DNA from: Chloroflexota bacterium
Lineage (GTDB): Bacteria > Chloroflexota > Anaerolineae > Anaerolineales > E44-bin32
Direction of reading: 5' to 3'
NCBI GenBank assembly: GCA_022561385.1
Contig: JADFRG010000009.1
Location: 9,051-73,050 of the forward strand
DNA: 64,000 nucleotides
Positions 55,810-63,549 of the stretch are shown here, one piece after another. A model generated the notes under the pieces. That model ran no database searches. It was not told the origin of the DNA and saw only the letters and a program-made list of their open reading frames with translations. The position numbers were made by a program, and so were the translations under genes. How positions within the stretch are numbered: position 1 is the first letter of the stretch; each line of letters opens with the position of its first letter.

Positions 55810-55861
55810 ATATAACCCATGCCGAAGGGATAGGGACTTCGCTTTCGAGCCACTCCCCGGC

Positions 55862-55987
55862 GGACAACTTCTCCAAGACTCAAAGCGACGCGGATTTGGC
55901 CTGTGAGCAGGAGGGGCGGCATGGGTAGGGGCCGCGACGGACGCCGCAGGCAGAAGCTTCGTCACTCCGGCCGCGCCGGTATGGGCG
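55862..55987 (+). mobile_element. Possible heavily degenerate attC
   Basis: GGACAAC...ACTCAAAGCGACGCGG ... CCGCGCCG-GTATGGGCGG; the GGCGG matches the complement of the 56810 flank (GCCGCCTAAC). Confidence 0.3.
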
Positions 55988-56014
55988 GACAGAATCAATC
56001 ACACGGACTCGGAG

Positions 56015-56683
56015 GTGCTTATGGCTATTGAACCCGCGGGCTACGCTGCCCGTCTGGAGGTCGACTACCCGGAAAAGCTGGACCGGCTGACAACGTTCTT
56101 CCGAATAATCTGGATCATTCCGATCGCCATCATCCTGAGCCTCATCTCGGATGCTGGCCAGACGGTCACCAACACGGTTTTCCTCAATGAAGCCGGTGAG
56201 GTTACAAGGACAACTCAGCGGACGGCGGGTGGGCTGGCGAGTGGTCTCTCTGCAGTCACGGCCTTGATGATCCTATTCCGACAGCGTTATCCGCGCTGGT
56301 GGTTCGACTTTTCTCGCGAGCTGACCCGCTTCGGGGCCAGAGTCAACGCCTACGCGGCCCTGCTCACCGACCAGTACCCCTCGACCGTCGAAGAGCAGTC
56401 TGTCCACCTGGAGATCGACTACCCGGACGTGAAACGCGACCTGAATCGGTGGCTGCCACTGGTCAAGTGGTTCCTGGCGATCCCTCACTACATCGTTCTG
56501 CTAATTCTGGTGCCGCTAGCTGTCTTCGCCGTGCTTTTCGCTTGGTTCGCGATACTCTTCACCGGCCGATACCCGAGAGGTCTGTTCGACTTTGTCGTGG
56601 GAGTGGGCAGGTGGGGCCTGCGCGTCGGGGCGTACGCCTTCCTGCTCGTCACAGATCAATATCCGCCGTTCAGCATGCGCTAG
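56015..56683 (+). CDS. DUF4389 family membrane protein
   Basis: Two repeats of LxRxxxFFR/LNRWLPLVKWFLAIPH ... YPR.LFDF ... TDQYP. Confidence 0.85.
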   Translation: MLMAIEPAGYAARLEVDYPEKLDRLTTFFRIIWIIPIAIILSLISDAGQTVTNTVFLNEAGEVTRTTQRTAGGLASGLSAVTALMILFRQRYPRWWFDFSRELTRFGARVNAYAALLTDQYPSTVEEQSVHLEIDYPDVKRDLNRWLPLVKWFLAIPHYIVLLILVPLAVFAVLFAWFAILFTGRYPRGLFDFVVGVGRWGLRVGAYAFLLVTDQYPPFSMR

Positions 56684-56809
56684 CACCCATCGTAGCTAAG
56701 CTCAAGGACCTCTGTCGGCCGGTAGCTGCCTCTGCGTCGGCTGCGGGGCAGCCATACTCCAGGCTCATCAAACTTCGATAGATCAGCCTTCGAGGTAACC
56801 CCAAATGCC

Positions 56810-56881
56810 GCCTAACCAATCAATGCTGCGGACCCCAAAAAGGATGACGCTTTTCGTGGCCGCTGATCTCAAACGTTAGGC
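56810..56881 (+). mobile_element. attC site (72 bp, intact)
   Basis: GCCTAAC-caatc-AATGCTGCGGACC ... GGCCGCTGAT-ctcaaac-GTTAGGC; R boxes perfectly complementary, EHB G and A. Confidence 0.92.
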
Positions 56882-56917
56882 AGCGTTGCTGACAATCGTC
56901 CAAAGCCTGCGCATTAT

Positions 56918-57286
56918 TTGCCGAAGCCTAAGGATATTCACCACTGGCAAGACAGAGAGTCGTTGATATTGCCTGGAGGATCTGACATAAAGAAACTGTT
57001 CGGCGTGTTTATTGTTTTGATGATGATGTTTGCGATTTCCGGGTGTGCGGCTGGTCCTAATGAATTGAGGGATCTTCCTGATGATGAAGGAAAGGTCGCC
57101 GGCTTTTGGCAGGGCCTAGGGCATGGAGTTATCTCTCCTTTTGCATTCTTGATTTCACTATTTTCCGATGCTGTGCATATCTATGAAGCCCATAACAATG
57201 GAGGCTGGTACAACTTCGGCTTCCTACTCGAGGCATCGATTATCTTTGGAGGAAGTGGACGCGGAGATGCAAGACGTTGGCGCTGA
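56918..57286 (+). CDS. Hypothetical lipoprotein cassette (likely start ATA 56987 behind GGAGGA)
   Basis: (M)KKLFGVFIVLMMMFAISGC signal/lipobox; AGFWQGLGHG...NNGGWYNFGF. Confidence 0.65.
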   Translation: MPKPKDIHHWQDRESLILPGGSDIKKLFGVFIVLMMMFAISGCAAGPNELRDLPDDEGKVAGFWQGLGHGVISPFAFLISLFSDAVHIYEAHNNGGWYNFGFLLEASIIFGGSGRGDARRWR

Positions 57287-57299
57287 TACGATGAACGCT

Positions 57300-57461
57300 G
57301 CCTACCGATGAGCTCGAGCACTCTCCGAGTGGATCCGGACCCGGGATGGGCTGACTTATGCAGGAGAAGGTGACCAATCGGACTGCTAGAAGGGTCTCTG
57401 AAGGTTCCATTTCCGGCCGCTTACCCAGAAAATGGGCATAGGCAGCTCGTGGCCGTTAGGG
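57300..57461 (+). mobile_element. Degenerate attC with two insertions (17 nt and 21 nt)
   Basis: GCCTACC-gatga-GCTCGAGC[57320-57336]GGACCCGG ... CCGGCCGCT[57422-57442]CAGCTC-gtggcc-GTTAGGG; core matches the 54292 site. Confidence 0.75.
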
Positions 57462-57549
57462 CGGCGCTCGCATTCGTATTGCGGGGATTTGCCACAAATA
57501 TCCCTATGAGACCAACACTGCCTCTCGCTTTAGTCTGGAGGATGACAAG

Positions 57550-58221
57550 ATGAGCATAGATATGAATATCGTCAGGCTTTTGGGCGCAGCACAATTGACT
57601 ATTTTTGTAGCCAGCATCCTCCATGAACGCCTGCTCGCATCAGTAGTTGGATCCGGGAGCATATCCGACTTCCTTGTGAATATTTCAAAAAACGTCACCC
57701 GGATGCGGATCAGTAATCTTCTTGCACTGGTTGACAGCATTGGAATCGTTGTCCTGGGAGTCCTGTTTTATAGCGTCTTCAGCAATAAGTACCCGATCAT
57801 CGCGCTTGTAGCCCTGGGATTCTACTTGGCTGAATCAATAACTCTGGCCGTGAGCAAGATTGGGGGCTTTGCTCTGATTCCTTTAAGCCAGGAATTCGTA
57901 GAGGCGGGCGCTCCAGAACCCTCCTACTTTCAAACGCTGGGTGACTTCTTGTATTACGGCGTTGATAGACAGGGAGACCGCATACATAATCTATTCTTCT
58001 GCCTGGGCGGAATACTGTGGTACTACCTACTTCTCATATCGGGGGGCATCCCACAGGCATTATCTCTCTGGGGCCTTGTAGCGGTCAGCCTGCTATTAAT
58101 ACCTGTCCTGTTGCTGCTCTATGATCGTGATTTCAGTCACCCCGTAATGGCAGTCGGACTTCTAAACCTTCCATTCGAACTCGTTCTAGGGCTATGGCTG
58201 ATCGTTAAGGGATTCAATTAA
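57550..58221 (+). CDS. DUF4386 family membrane protein (C-terminus probably shortened by nonsense mutation)
   Basis: FFCLGGILWYYLLLIS..IPQALSLWGL ... PFELVLGLWLIVKGFN. Confidence 0.82.
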   Translation: MSIDMNIVRLLGAAQLTIFVASILHERLLASVVGSGSISDFLVNISKNVTRMRISNLLALVDSIGIVVLGVLFYSVFSNKYPIIALVALGFYLAESITLAVSKIGGFALIPLSQEFVEAGAPEPSYFQTLGDFLYYGVDRQGDRIHNLFFCLGGILWYYLLLISGGIPQALSLWGLVAVSLLLIPVLLLLYDRDFSHPVMAVGLLNLPFELVLGLWLIVKGFN

Positions 58222-58302
58222 TCTGCAATCTTTTCCGAGTCTGCTAAAACTAATATGGCCGAAGATAGAATTACCGGATCAAAGTAAATTTGGAGGAATC
58301 TC

Positions 58303-59298
58303 ATGAAGGCGATTGTATACACAGAATACGGCCCACCGGATGTTCTTCAGCTCAAAGAGGTAGGTAAACCTTCTCCCAATGACAATGAAGTACTGATAAA
58401 AGTTCATGCGGCATCCGTAAATCCACTTGACTGGCATTTACTGAGAGCTACACCGTTCCTGGTCCGCCTAACGGAGGGGCTTCTAAAACCAAAAAAAGAG
58501 ATACTCGGAGCCGACGTAGCGGGGCGGGTTGAAGAGGTTGGAAAAAATGTAAAGCAGTTTCAAACAGGTGATGAGGTACTTGGGGACTTTTTCGTGGACG
58601 GTTTAGGCGGTTTTGCCGAGTATGTATGTGTTCCTGAAGATGCAGCATTAGTACAAAAACCGACCAATCTGACATTCGAGGAAGCAGCGGCCGTACCTGT
58701 AGCGGCAGTCACCGCCCTGCAGGGTCTTCGCGATAAAGGACAGGTTCAGCCCGGGCAAAAGGTTTTGATCAATGGTGCGTCTGGGGGTGTGGGTACGTTT
58801 GCGGTGCAGATTGCCAAATCGTTCGGGGCTGAGGTTACTGGAGTGTGCAGTACGAGGAATTTGGACATGGTGCGCTCAATTGGTGCAGACCATGTCATTG
58901 ATTACACACAAGAGGATTTCACCCAAAACGGGCAGCGTTATGACCTCATTGCCGATGCTGTGGGAAATCGTTCGGTTTCAGATTATGGGCGTGCATTAGG
59001 TCCCAAGGGAATCTGCGTCATCATCGGATATTCTTCCCCGGTTCTCTTGTTCCAACATACGTTCCAAGGAGCATGGATTTCAATGACCGGGAGTAAGAGA
59101 ATCGGTCTCATGGGGACGATGAAACCAAACAAGAAAGATTTGGTTTTTATGAAAGGGCTTCTTGAAGCGGGCAAAGTAGTGCCTGTTATCGATCGACGTT
59201 ACCCGTTAAGTGAGGTTGCTGAAGCTATCCGGTATCTTGAAGGTGGACACGCCCAAGGAAAAGTAGTCATAACCGTGGGACATAACGACAAAACCTAA
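58303..59298 (+). CDS. NAD(P)-dependent MDR-family (quinone-reductase-like) alcohol dehydrogenase
   Basis: VHAASVNPLDW, G.DVAG, INGASGGVGTFAVQIAK, PVIDRRYPL; lacks GHE zinc motif; stop overlaps attC R''. Confidence 0.9.
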   Translation: MKAIVYTEYGPPDVLQLKEVGKPSPNDNEVLIKVHAASVNPLDWHLLRATPFLVRLTEGLLKPKKEILGADVAGRVEEVGKNVKQFQTGDEVLGDFFVDGLGGFAEYVCVPEDAALVQKPTNLTFEEAAAVPVAAVTALQGLRDKGQVQPGQKVLINGASGGVGTFAVQIAKSFGAEVTGVCSTRNLDMVRSIGADHVIDYTQEDFTQNGQRYDLIADAVGNRSVSDYGRALGPKGICVIIGYSSPVLLFQHTFQGAWISMTGSKRIGLMGTMKPNKKDLVFMKGLLEAGKVVPVIDRRYPLSEVAEAIRYLEGGHAQGKVVITVGHNDKT

Positions 59299-59390
59299 CA
59301 AAGCGCTGCCCCGCCAAGAACGCGGGATCCTCGACACCCGACCGCTATTCCGCTGCGCTTCATAGCGGTAGGTGAGCTTGGTCGTTAGGA
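59293..59390 (+). mobile_element. attC site with 26-nt insertion in L'' box
   Basis: ACCTAAC-aaagc-GCTGC[59310-59335]ACCCGACCGCTAT...ATAGCGGTAGGTGAGC-ttggtc-GTTAGGA; removal gives a canonical 72-bp attC. Confidence 0.88.
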
Positions 59391-59399
59391 GCAATTCAA

Positions 59400-60137
59400 A
59401 TGACAAACCGTATCGCCGATATGTCACTACGCAAAGCTGCAAGAGTCGCAGGGTTCGGGTATCTAATCATTTTTTTACTCGGTCCCTTCACTAATTCTAT
59501 TTCTCGCGAGAATCTTATTGTGGCGGGAGATGCAGCAACAACAGCCAGTAATATTCTGGCTTCTGAGTCGCTATTTCGCATGGGCATTGCTGGAGGGGTA
59601 ATCTTGCTTGTGGCTGATGCGGTAGTGGCTTGGGCACTCTATATTTTACTCAAGCCGGTAAATAAGAGCCTCTCGTTGCTTGCGGCGTGGTTTAGGTTGC
59701 TGTTTGTCGCTTTTGCTGGAATCGCTGTTCTGAATTTATTCTTTGTTTTGCTACTTTTAAGTGGTGCGGACTACCTGACAGTATTTGAAACAGGCCAGTT
59801 GCAAGCTCAGGTGATGATGTTTCTCGGTGCGCATGAATTTGGAATTAATTTTTCGTTTGTATTTTTTGGCCTTCATATATTTCTCCTTGGTTACCTAATT
59901 TTCAAGTCTGGTTACATTCCCAGAATTTTGGGCATCTTGCTGATAATTGCGGCTGTGGGCTATCAGATAGATAGTTTTGCAAGTTTTCTTTCATCCACCT
60001 ACGCCGATAACGAAGCTTTATTTATCCTGTTTGTTGCCGTGCCTGCAATTATTTCGGAATTTTCACTTACCTTGTGGCTCTTGATTAGAGGTGGAAAGAT
60101 CCAACAGCAGGATAACCCTGCTCCTGCATCTGCCTGA
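59400..60137 (+). CDS. DUF4386 family membrane protein (paralogue of 55093..55809)
   Basis: MTNRIAD..LRKAARVAG, LASESLFR, LYILLKPVN, FKSGYIPRILG; RBS supplied by attC GTTAGGAG. Confidence 0.86.
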   Translation: MTNRIADMSLRKAARVAGFGYLIIFLLGPFTNSISRENLIVAGDAATTASNILASESLFRMGIAGGVILLVADAVVAWALYILLKPVNKSLSLLAAWFRLLFVAFAGIAVLNLFFVLLLLSGADYLTVFETGQLQAQVMMFLGAHEFGINFSFVFFGLHIFLLGYLIFKSGYIPRILGILLIIAAVGYQIDSFASFLSSTYADNEALFILFVAVPAIISEFSLTLWLLIRGGKIQQQDNPAPASA

Positions 60138-60193
60138 ATGTAACCCTTGCCGTTGGATCGATTTTAGACCAATCGGTCTCAAATCTTAGTAAA
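60138..60193 (+). mobile_element. Possible degenerate attC
   Basis: ATGTAAC...CCGTTGG / CCAATCGG-TCTCAAATCTTAG resembling TCTCAAACGTTAG of the 56810 site. Confidence 0.3.
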
Positions 60194-60210
60194 GAAAGGG
60201 AGCGAGTCGG

Positions 60211-61107
60211 ATGACCAGTACGAATGGTCGACAAGGAGAACGGGGCTATCCCAACTCAAGTGCCCTCCAAACCGCGGGGAAGATTGTGCGCGGGTTGGAC
60301 TCGATTCATCCTGCCCTTGCCAGCGCAGTCGTCAACACGCTATTCCGCATGCCATTCTCCAAGTCTCCAACCCCTGCAGAGCGAGCCGCACTCGACGGCG
60401 CAGACCGAATGGACCTACCGTTCCGGAGTCGTTCGCTGGCCGCATATGCATGGGGGACGGGACCCACGGTGCTGCTGATTCACGGTTGGGCTTCCAACGC
60501 AGGCGCTATGCGGCATCTGGTGGAGCCCCTAGTAAAGAAAGGTTTTCGGGTGGTTGCCTTCGATGCCCCAGCGCACGGATCTTCGCCAGGGAGGACAAGC
60601 GATGCGGTGGAGTATGGATCGGCCATCCGCGAGGCGATTCAGTTCTTCGCCCCGGTGCATGGTATCTTCGCCCACTCCTTCGGGGCCACATCCACCCTGC
60701 TGATGCTCTCCGAAAGTGACGACCTGCCGATCGCAGCAGTTGTAGTAAACAACCCCCCTTTGGAGCTGGAGATGCTGCTTCGCATCTTTGCTGCCTCGTT
60801 GGCCCTTCCAGAACATCTCGTACACAGGATCTACGACCACGTAAAGAAGAGGTTTGGAAAGCCGGTTGAGTACTTCAGTTTGAGGGAGCGCATAAGATCG
60901 GTTCGGATTCCGGGGCTTCTCATCGCCGACCGGGACGATCGCCTGGCGACATTCGAAGACTCCGAACTCATCGCCTCCCGTTGGGCGCGGGGTCAGCTGT
61001 TTACGACCGAAGGCCTCGGCCATCAGGGTGCCCTGCGCGACGGAGAAGTCATCGAAGAGATAGCCTCTTACTTTAAGGAACGGCTACAATCGCGAACAGT
61101 CGCGTAG
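60211..61107 (+). CDS. Alpha/beta hydrolase
   Basis: LLIHGW, FDAPAHG.S, AHSFG nucleophile elbow, D and GLGH catalytic positions. Confidence 0.88.
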   Translation: MTSTNGRQGERGYPNSSALQTAGKIVRGLDSIHPALASAVVNTLFRMPFSKSPTPAERAALDGADRMDLPFRSRSLAAYAWGTGPTVLLIHGWASNAGAMRHLVEPLVKKGFRVVAFDAPAHGSSPGRTSDAVEYGSAIREAIQFFAPVHGIFAHSFGATSTLLMLSESDDLPIAAVVVNNPPLELEMLLRIFAASLALPEHLVHRIYDHVKKRFGKPVEYFSLRERIRSVRIPGLLIADRDDRLATFEDSELIASRWARGQLFTTEGLGHQGALRDGEVIEEIASYFKERLQSRTVA

Positions 61108-61241
61108 GTTGTCCCGATCAGAACGGACTCACCAAAGCGACAGGGTTCTCACTGAGTACAGCACGTGGTGGTTGGGCCTGCTCCTCGGCGACCGATCGCT
61201 CAAGCCTCAACAGATACGGCCTCTACCTTAATCCGCCAAGT

Positions 61242-61412
61242 GGAGCCCCATTGATTTTGGCGGCAGGGTCGTTAATTATGTTCGGCCTTCCTCGTCTCTC
61301 GCCGATCTCGCTCTTATTGGCTCTTCCAATAGCTTTGTTTGAAATGGTTCTCGCGGTATGGCTTATAGTCAAGCGATTCAATTCATCTGCAATCGATTCC
61401 GAGCCTGCCTAA
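61242..61412 (+). pseudogene. C-terminal remnant of a fourth DUF4386 gene
   Basis: GAPLILAAGSLIMFG...LALPIALFEMVLAVWLIVKRFNSSAIDSEPA*; no start, upstream part eroded. Confidence 0.8.
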
Positions 61413-61546
61413 ACAGATATAAACGAGAAAGTATGAGCACCAGCCTCACTACTATTAAATAGTTTCTTCGCCCCACTTCTCATCCTAGCCACTGGCTCTT
61501 AGAAGAAAAAGCCCCGCGCAGAAACGTTATTAGAAGTGCCCCTAAA

Positions 61547-61725
61547 GGAGGCTCAGCTCCTCGTCTTGTGTAGTACGCGGAACCTAAAGTCAGCAAAAAT
61601 CAAGTATCAAGATCCCCGGTGACCTGGAATTGCGCATTCAGGTCGCCTTTGTTTTTGCGGTTTCAAGATGTTGTCATTTGAGGCTTTGCATGGAGACAAT
61701 ATCGGCCTCAAAAACTCGCTGGAAC
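61547..61725. repeat. Dispersed repeat A, copy 1 (~180 bp, contains hairpin + T-tract)
   Basis: Shares 21-nt and 23-nt identical blocks with 63373..63549. Confidence 0.88.
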
Positions 61726-61883
61726 GGCCAAAAGGCGCAATCTGGGGGTCGGAAGTATTTAACTTTTCTACTTGGTAAATTAGGGCGACTGTTTACCGCT
61801 ACACTCAAACAGGTTTAAATATTGAGTCATCATGATGAATAAAAAAGTGATTGTAATTTCAAATTAGAAGGATAATTACCCAT

Positions 61884-62291
61884 ATGAACAAAAGAGTGAA
61901 AATTGTGTTGTTGGGATTGATGATATGGGGAATAACATTCATCGCAGGCGCCTTCATTTTTATCGTTTTTGGTGCCGAGGCCGGCGGCCCCTTGGTTGAG
62001 ACGGAGTGGATCAATGGGATCCGTGCATTTTTCCTGGCGATTGGTTTAGCCACGGCGTTATTTCTAGTTTATAGAGGTAATGGACAAGACTACAAACGTA
62101 CGGCTTGGGAAGCTGGAATAGCATGGTACGTAATCATTTTGTTGATGAACTTGATTGTTCTAATCGGACTTATTGGCCTGGAATTAGAGCTTTGGTTCCC
62201 ATTGATTCTGATTGATTCCTCCGTTGCAATAATCCCTATCGTGGTCGGCTATCTCCTGGCTGGGACTAAAGAAAAGAGTTTAGATGATTAG
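61884..62291 (+). CDS. Hypothetical 4-TM membrane protein
   Basis: GAAGGA RBS, ATG, four hydrophobic segments. Confidence 0.72.
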   Translation: MNKRVKIVLLGLMIWGITFIAGAFIFIVFGAEAGGPLVETEWINGIRAFFLAIGLATALFLVYRGNGQDYKRTAWEAGIAWYVIILLMNLIVLIGLIGLELELWFPLILIDSSVAIIPIVVGYLLAGTKEKSLDD

Positions 62292-62346
62292 CGAACAAAA
62301 ATCTTTTATTATGGAAGTTTAGTTCAAACCCCCTTAAGACAAGACC

Positions 62347-62395
62347 GGCACCTTCTCAAAGTTCACAGATCCGGTTCAATCCTGGGCCCGCAAAC
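62347..62395. repeat. Direct repeat B, copy 1 (49 bp)
   Basis: 46/49 identical to 63152..63200. Confidence 0.92.
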
Positions 62396-62439
62396 ATCTG
62401 GCTTTTTCTGAAGAATGTGTGATTCGGAGGGCATTGACA

Positions 62440-63135
62440 ATGAAGATTCGACAAGGAAGAGTCCTCGCCACTGGTTTTATATCTATTGGCTTGATGGTGG
62501 TCACCGCATGTGGATCGGCCACGATCGAGACCGTCGCGGCGCCCCCAACTGCGCCTCCCGCGGCCGAGACCGTCGCGGCGCCCCCAACTGCGCCTCCCGC
62601 GGCCGAGGAGGGTGAGGCTGCTCTTCAATGGTCCTCCCCGCCGAGGATGGAGATCGATCGCTCCAAATCTTATGAGGCTGTATTCGTGACGGAGATCGGC
62701 GACATCAGGGTGCGGCTTTATGCTGATCAAGCTCCGGTGACGGTCAATAATTTTGTATTTCTGGCCAGGCAAGGCTACTACGACAACACAACCTTTCATC
62801 GTGTCCTACCTGGTTTCATGGCCCAGGGCGGCGATCCGACCGGTACAGGGGCCGGAGGGCCGGGTTACACGTTTGAAGATGAATTCGATCCGGATCTTCA
62901 GTTTGACCGGGGCGGTTTGTTGGCGATGGCCAACCGCGGGCCAAATACCAACGGCGCGCAGTTCTTCATCACGTTGGCACCAACGCCTCACCTCAACGGC
63001 CTTCACACCATCTTTGGCGAAGTGGTTGAAGGTGCTGACGTCCTCAGCAGCCTGAGGCTGCGGGATCCAGCGGCCAACCCCGATTACGAGGGAGATGGTC
63101 TGGTTTCAATCGAGATCATCGAGATCGATGATTAA
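62440..63135 (+). CDS. Cyclophilin-type peptidyl-prolyl isomerase lipoprotein (start ATG 62440)
   Basis: Lipobox VTAC; [42 protein letters not shown]. Confidence 0.92.
   Translation: MKIRQGRVLATGFISIGLMVVTACGSATIETVAAPPTAPPAAETVAAPPTAPPAAEEGEAALQWSSPPRMEIDRSKSYEAVFVTEIGDIRVRLYADQAPVTVNNFVFLARQGYYDNTTFHRVLPGFMAQGGDPTGTGAGGPGYTFEDEFDPDLQFDRGGLLAMANRGPNTNGAQFFITLAPTPHLNGLHTIFGEVVEGADVLSSLRLRDPAANPDYEGDGLVSIEIIEIDD
62527..62604 (+). repeat. Perfect 39-bp in-frame tandem duplication ([13 protein letters not shown] x2)
   Basis: GAGACCGTCGCGGCGCCCCCAACTGCGCCTCCCGCGGCC twice. Confidence 0.95.
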
Positions 63136-63151
63136 TTTCCCACAAAGCGGA

Positions 63152-63200
63152 GGCACCCTCTCAAAGTTCACAGATCCGTTTCAAGCCTGGGCCCGCAAAC
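63152..63200. repeat. Direct repeat B, copy 2
   Basis: GGCACCCTCTCAAAGTTCACAGATCCGTTTCAAGCCTGGGCCCGCAAAC, 16 nt after PPIase stop. Confidence 0.92.
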
Positions 63201-63372
63201 TGGAAATTGAAGTCGCCTTCTCCGCCGCACTAAGTTGATTTACCAAACGCAAAAACCGACTTAGACGAGAAGGGAGCAGATCTGAAACTGGTTGTGCGAT
63301 ACCCCTGCGGGGACGACTCTCCCAGAGAGCGCATATGATCCGGACAAGAAGTGTTATTGGAAGTAGCCTCGC

Positions 63373-63549
63373 GGAGGCTCAGCCTCTCGGCTCGCGTAGG
63401 ACGCGGAACTAAGATTCAGCACAATAAGAATCAAGGTCCCCGGTGACCTTGAATGGCACATTCAGGTCGTCTTTGTTTTTGCGGTTTCAAGCGGTCTTCA
63501 TGAGATGCTTCGCATGGAGACAATATCGGCCTCATACACTCCCTGGAGC
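63373..63549. repeat. Dispersed repeat A, copy 2
   Basis: See 61547..61725. Confidence 0.88.
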
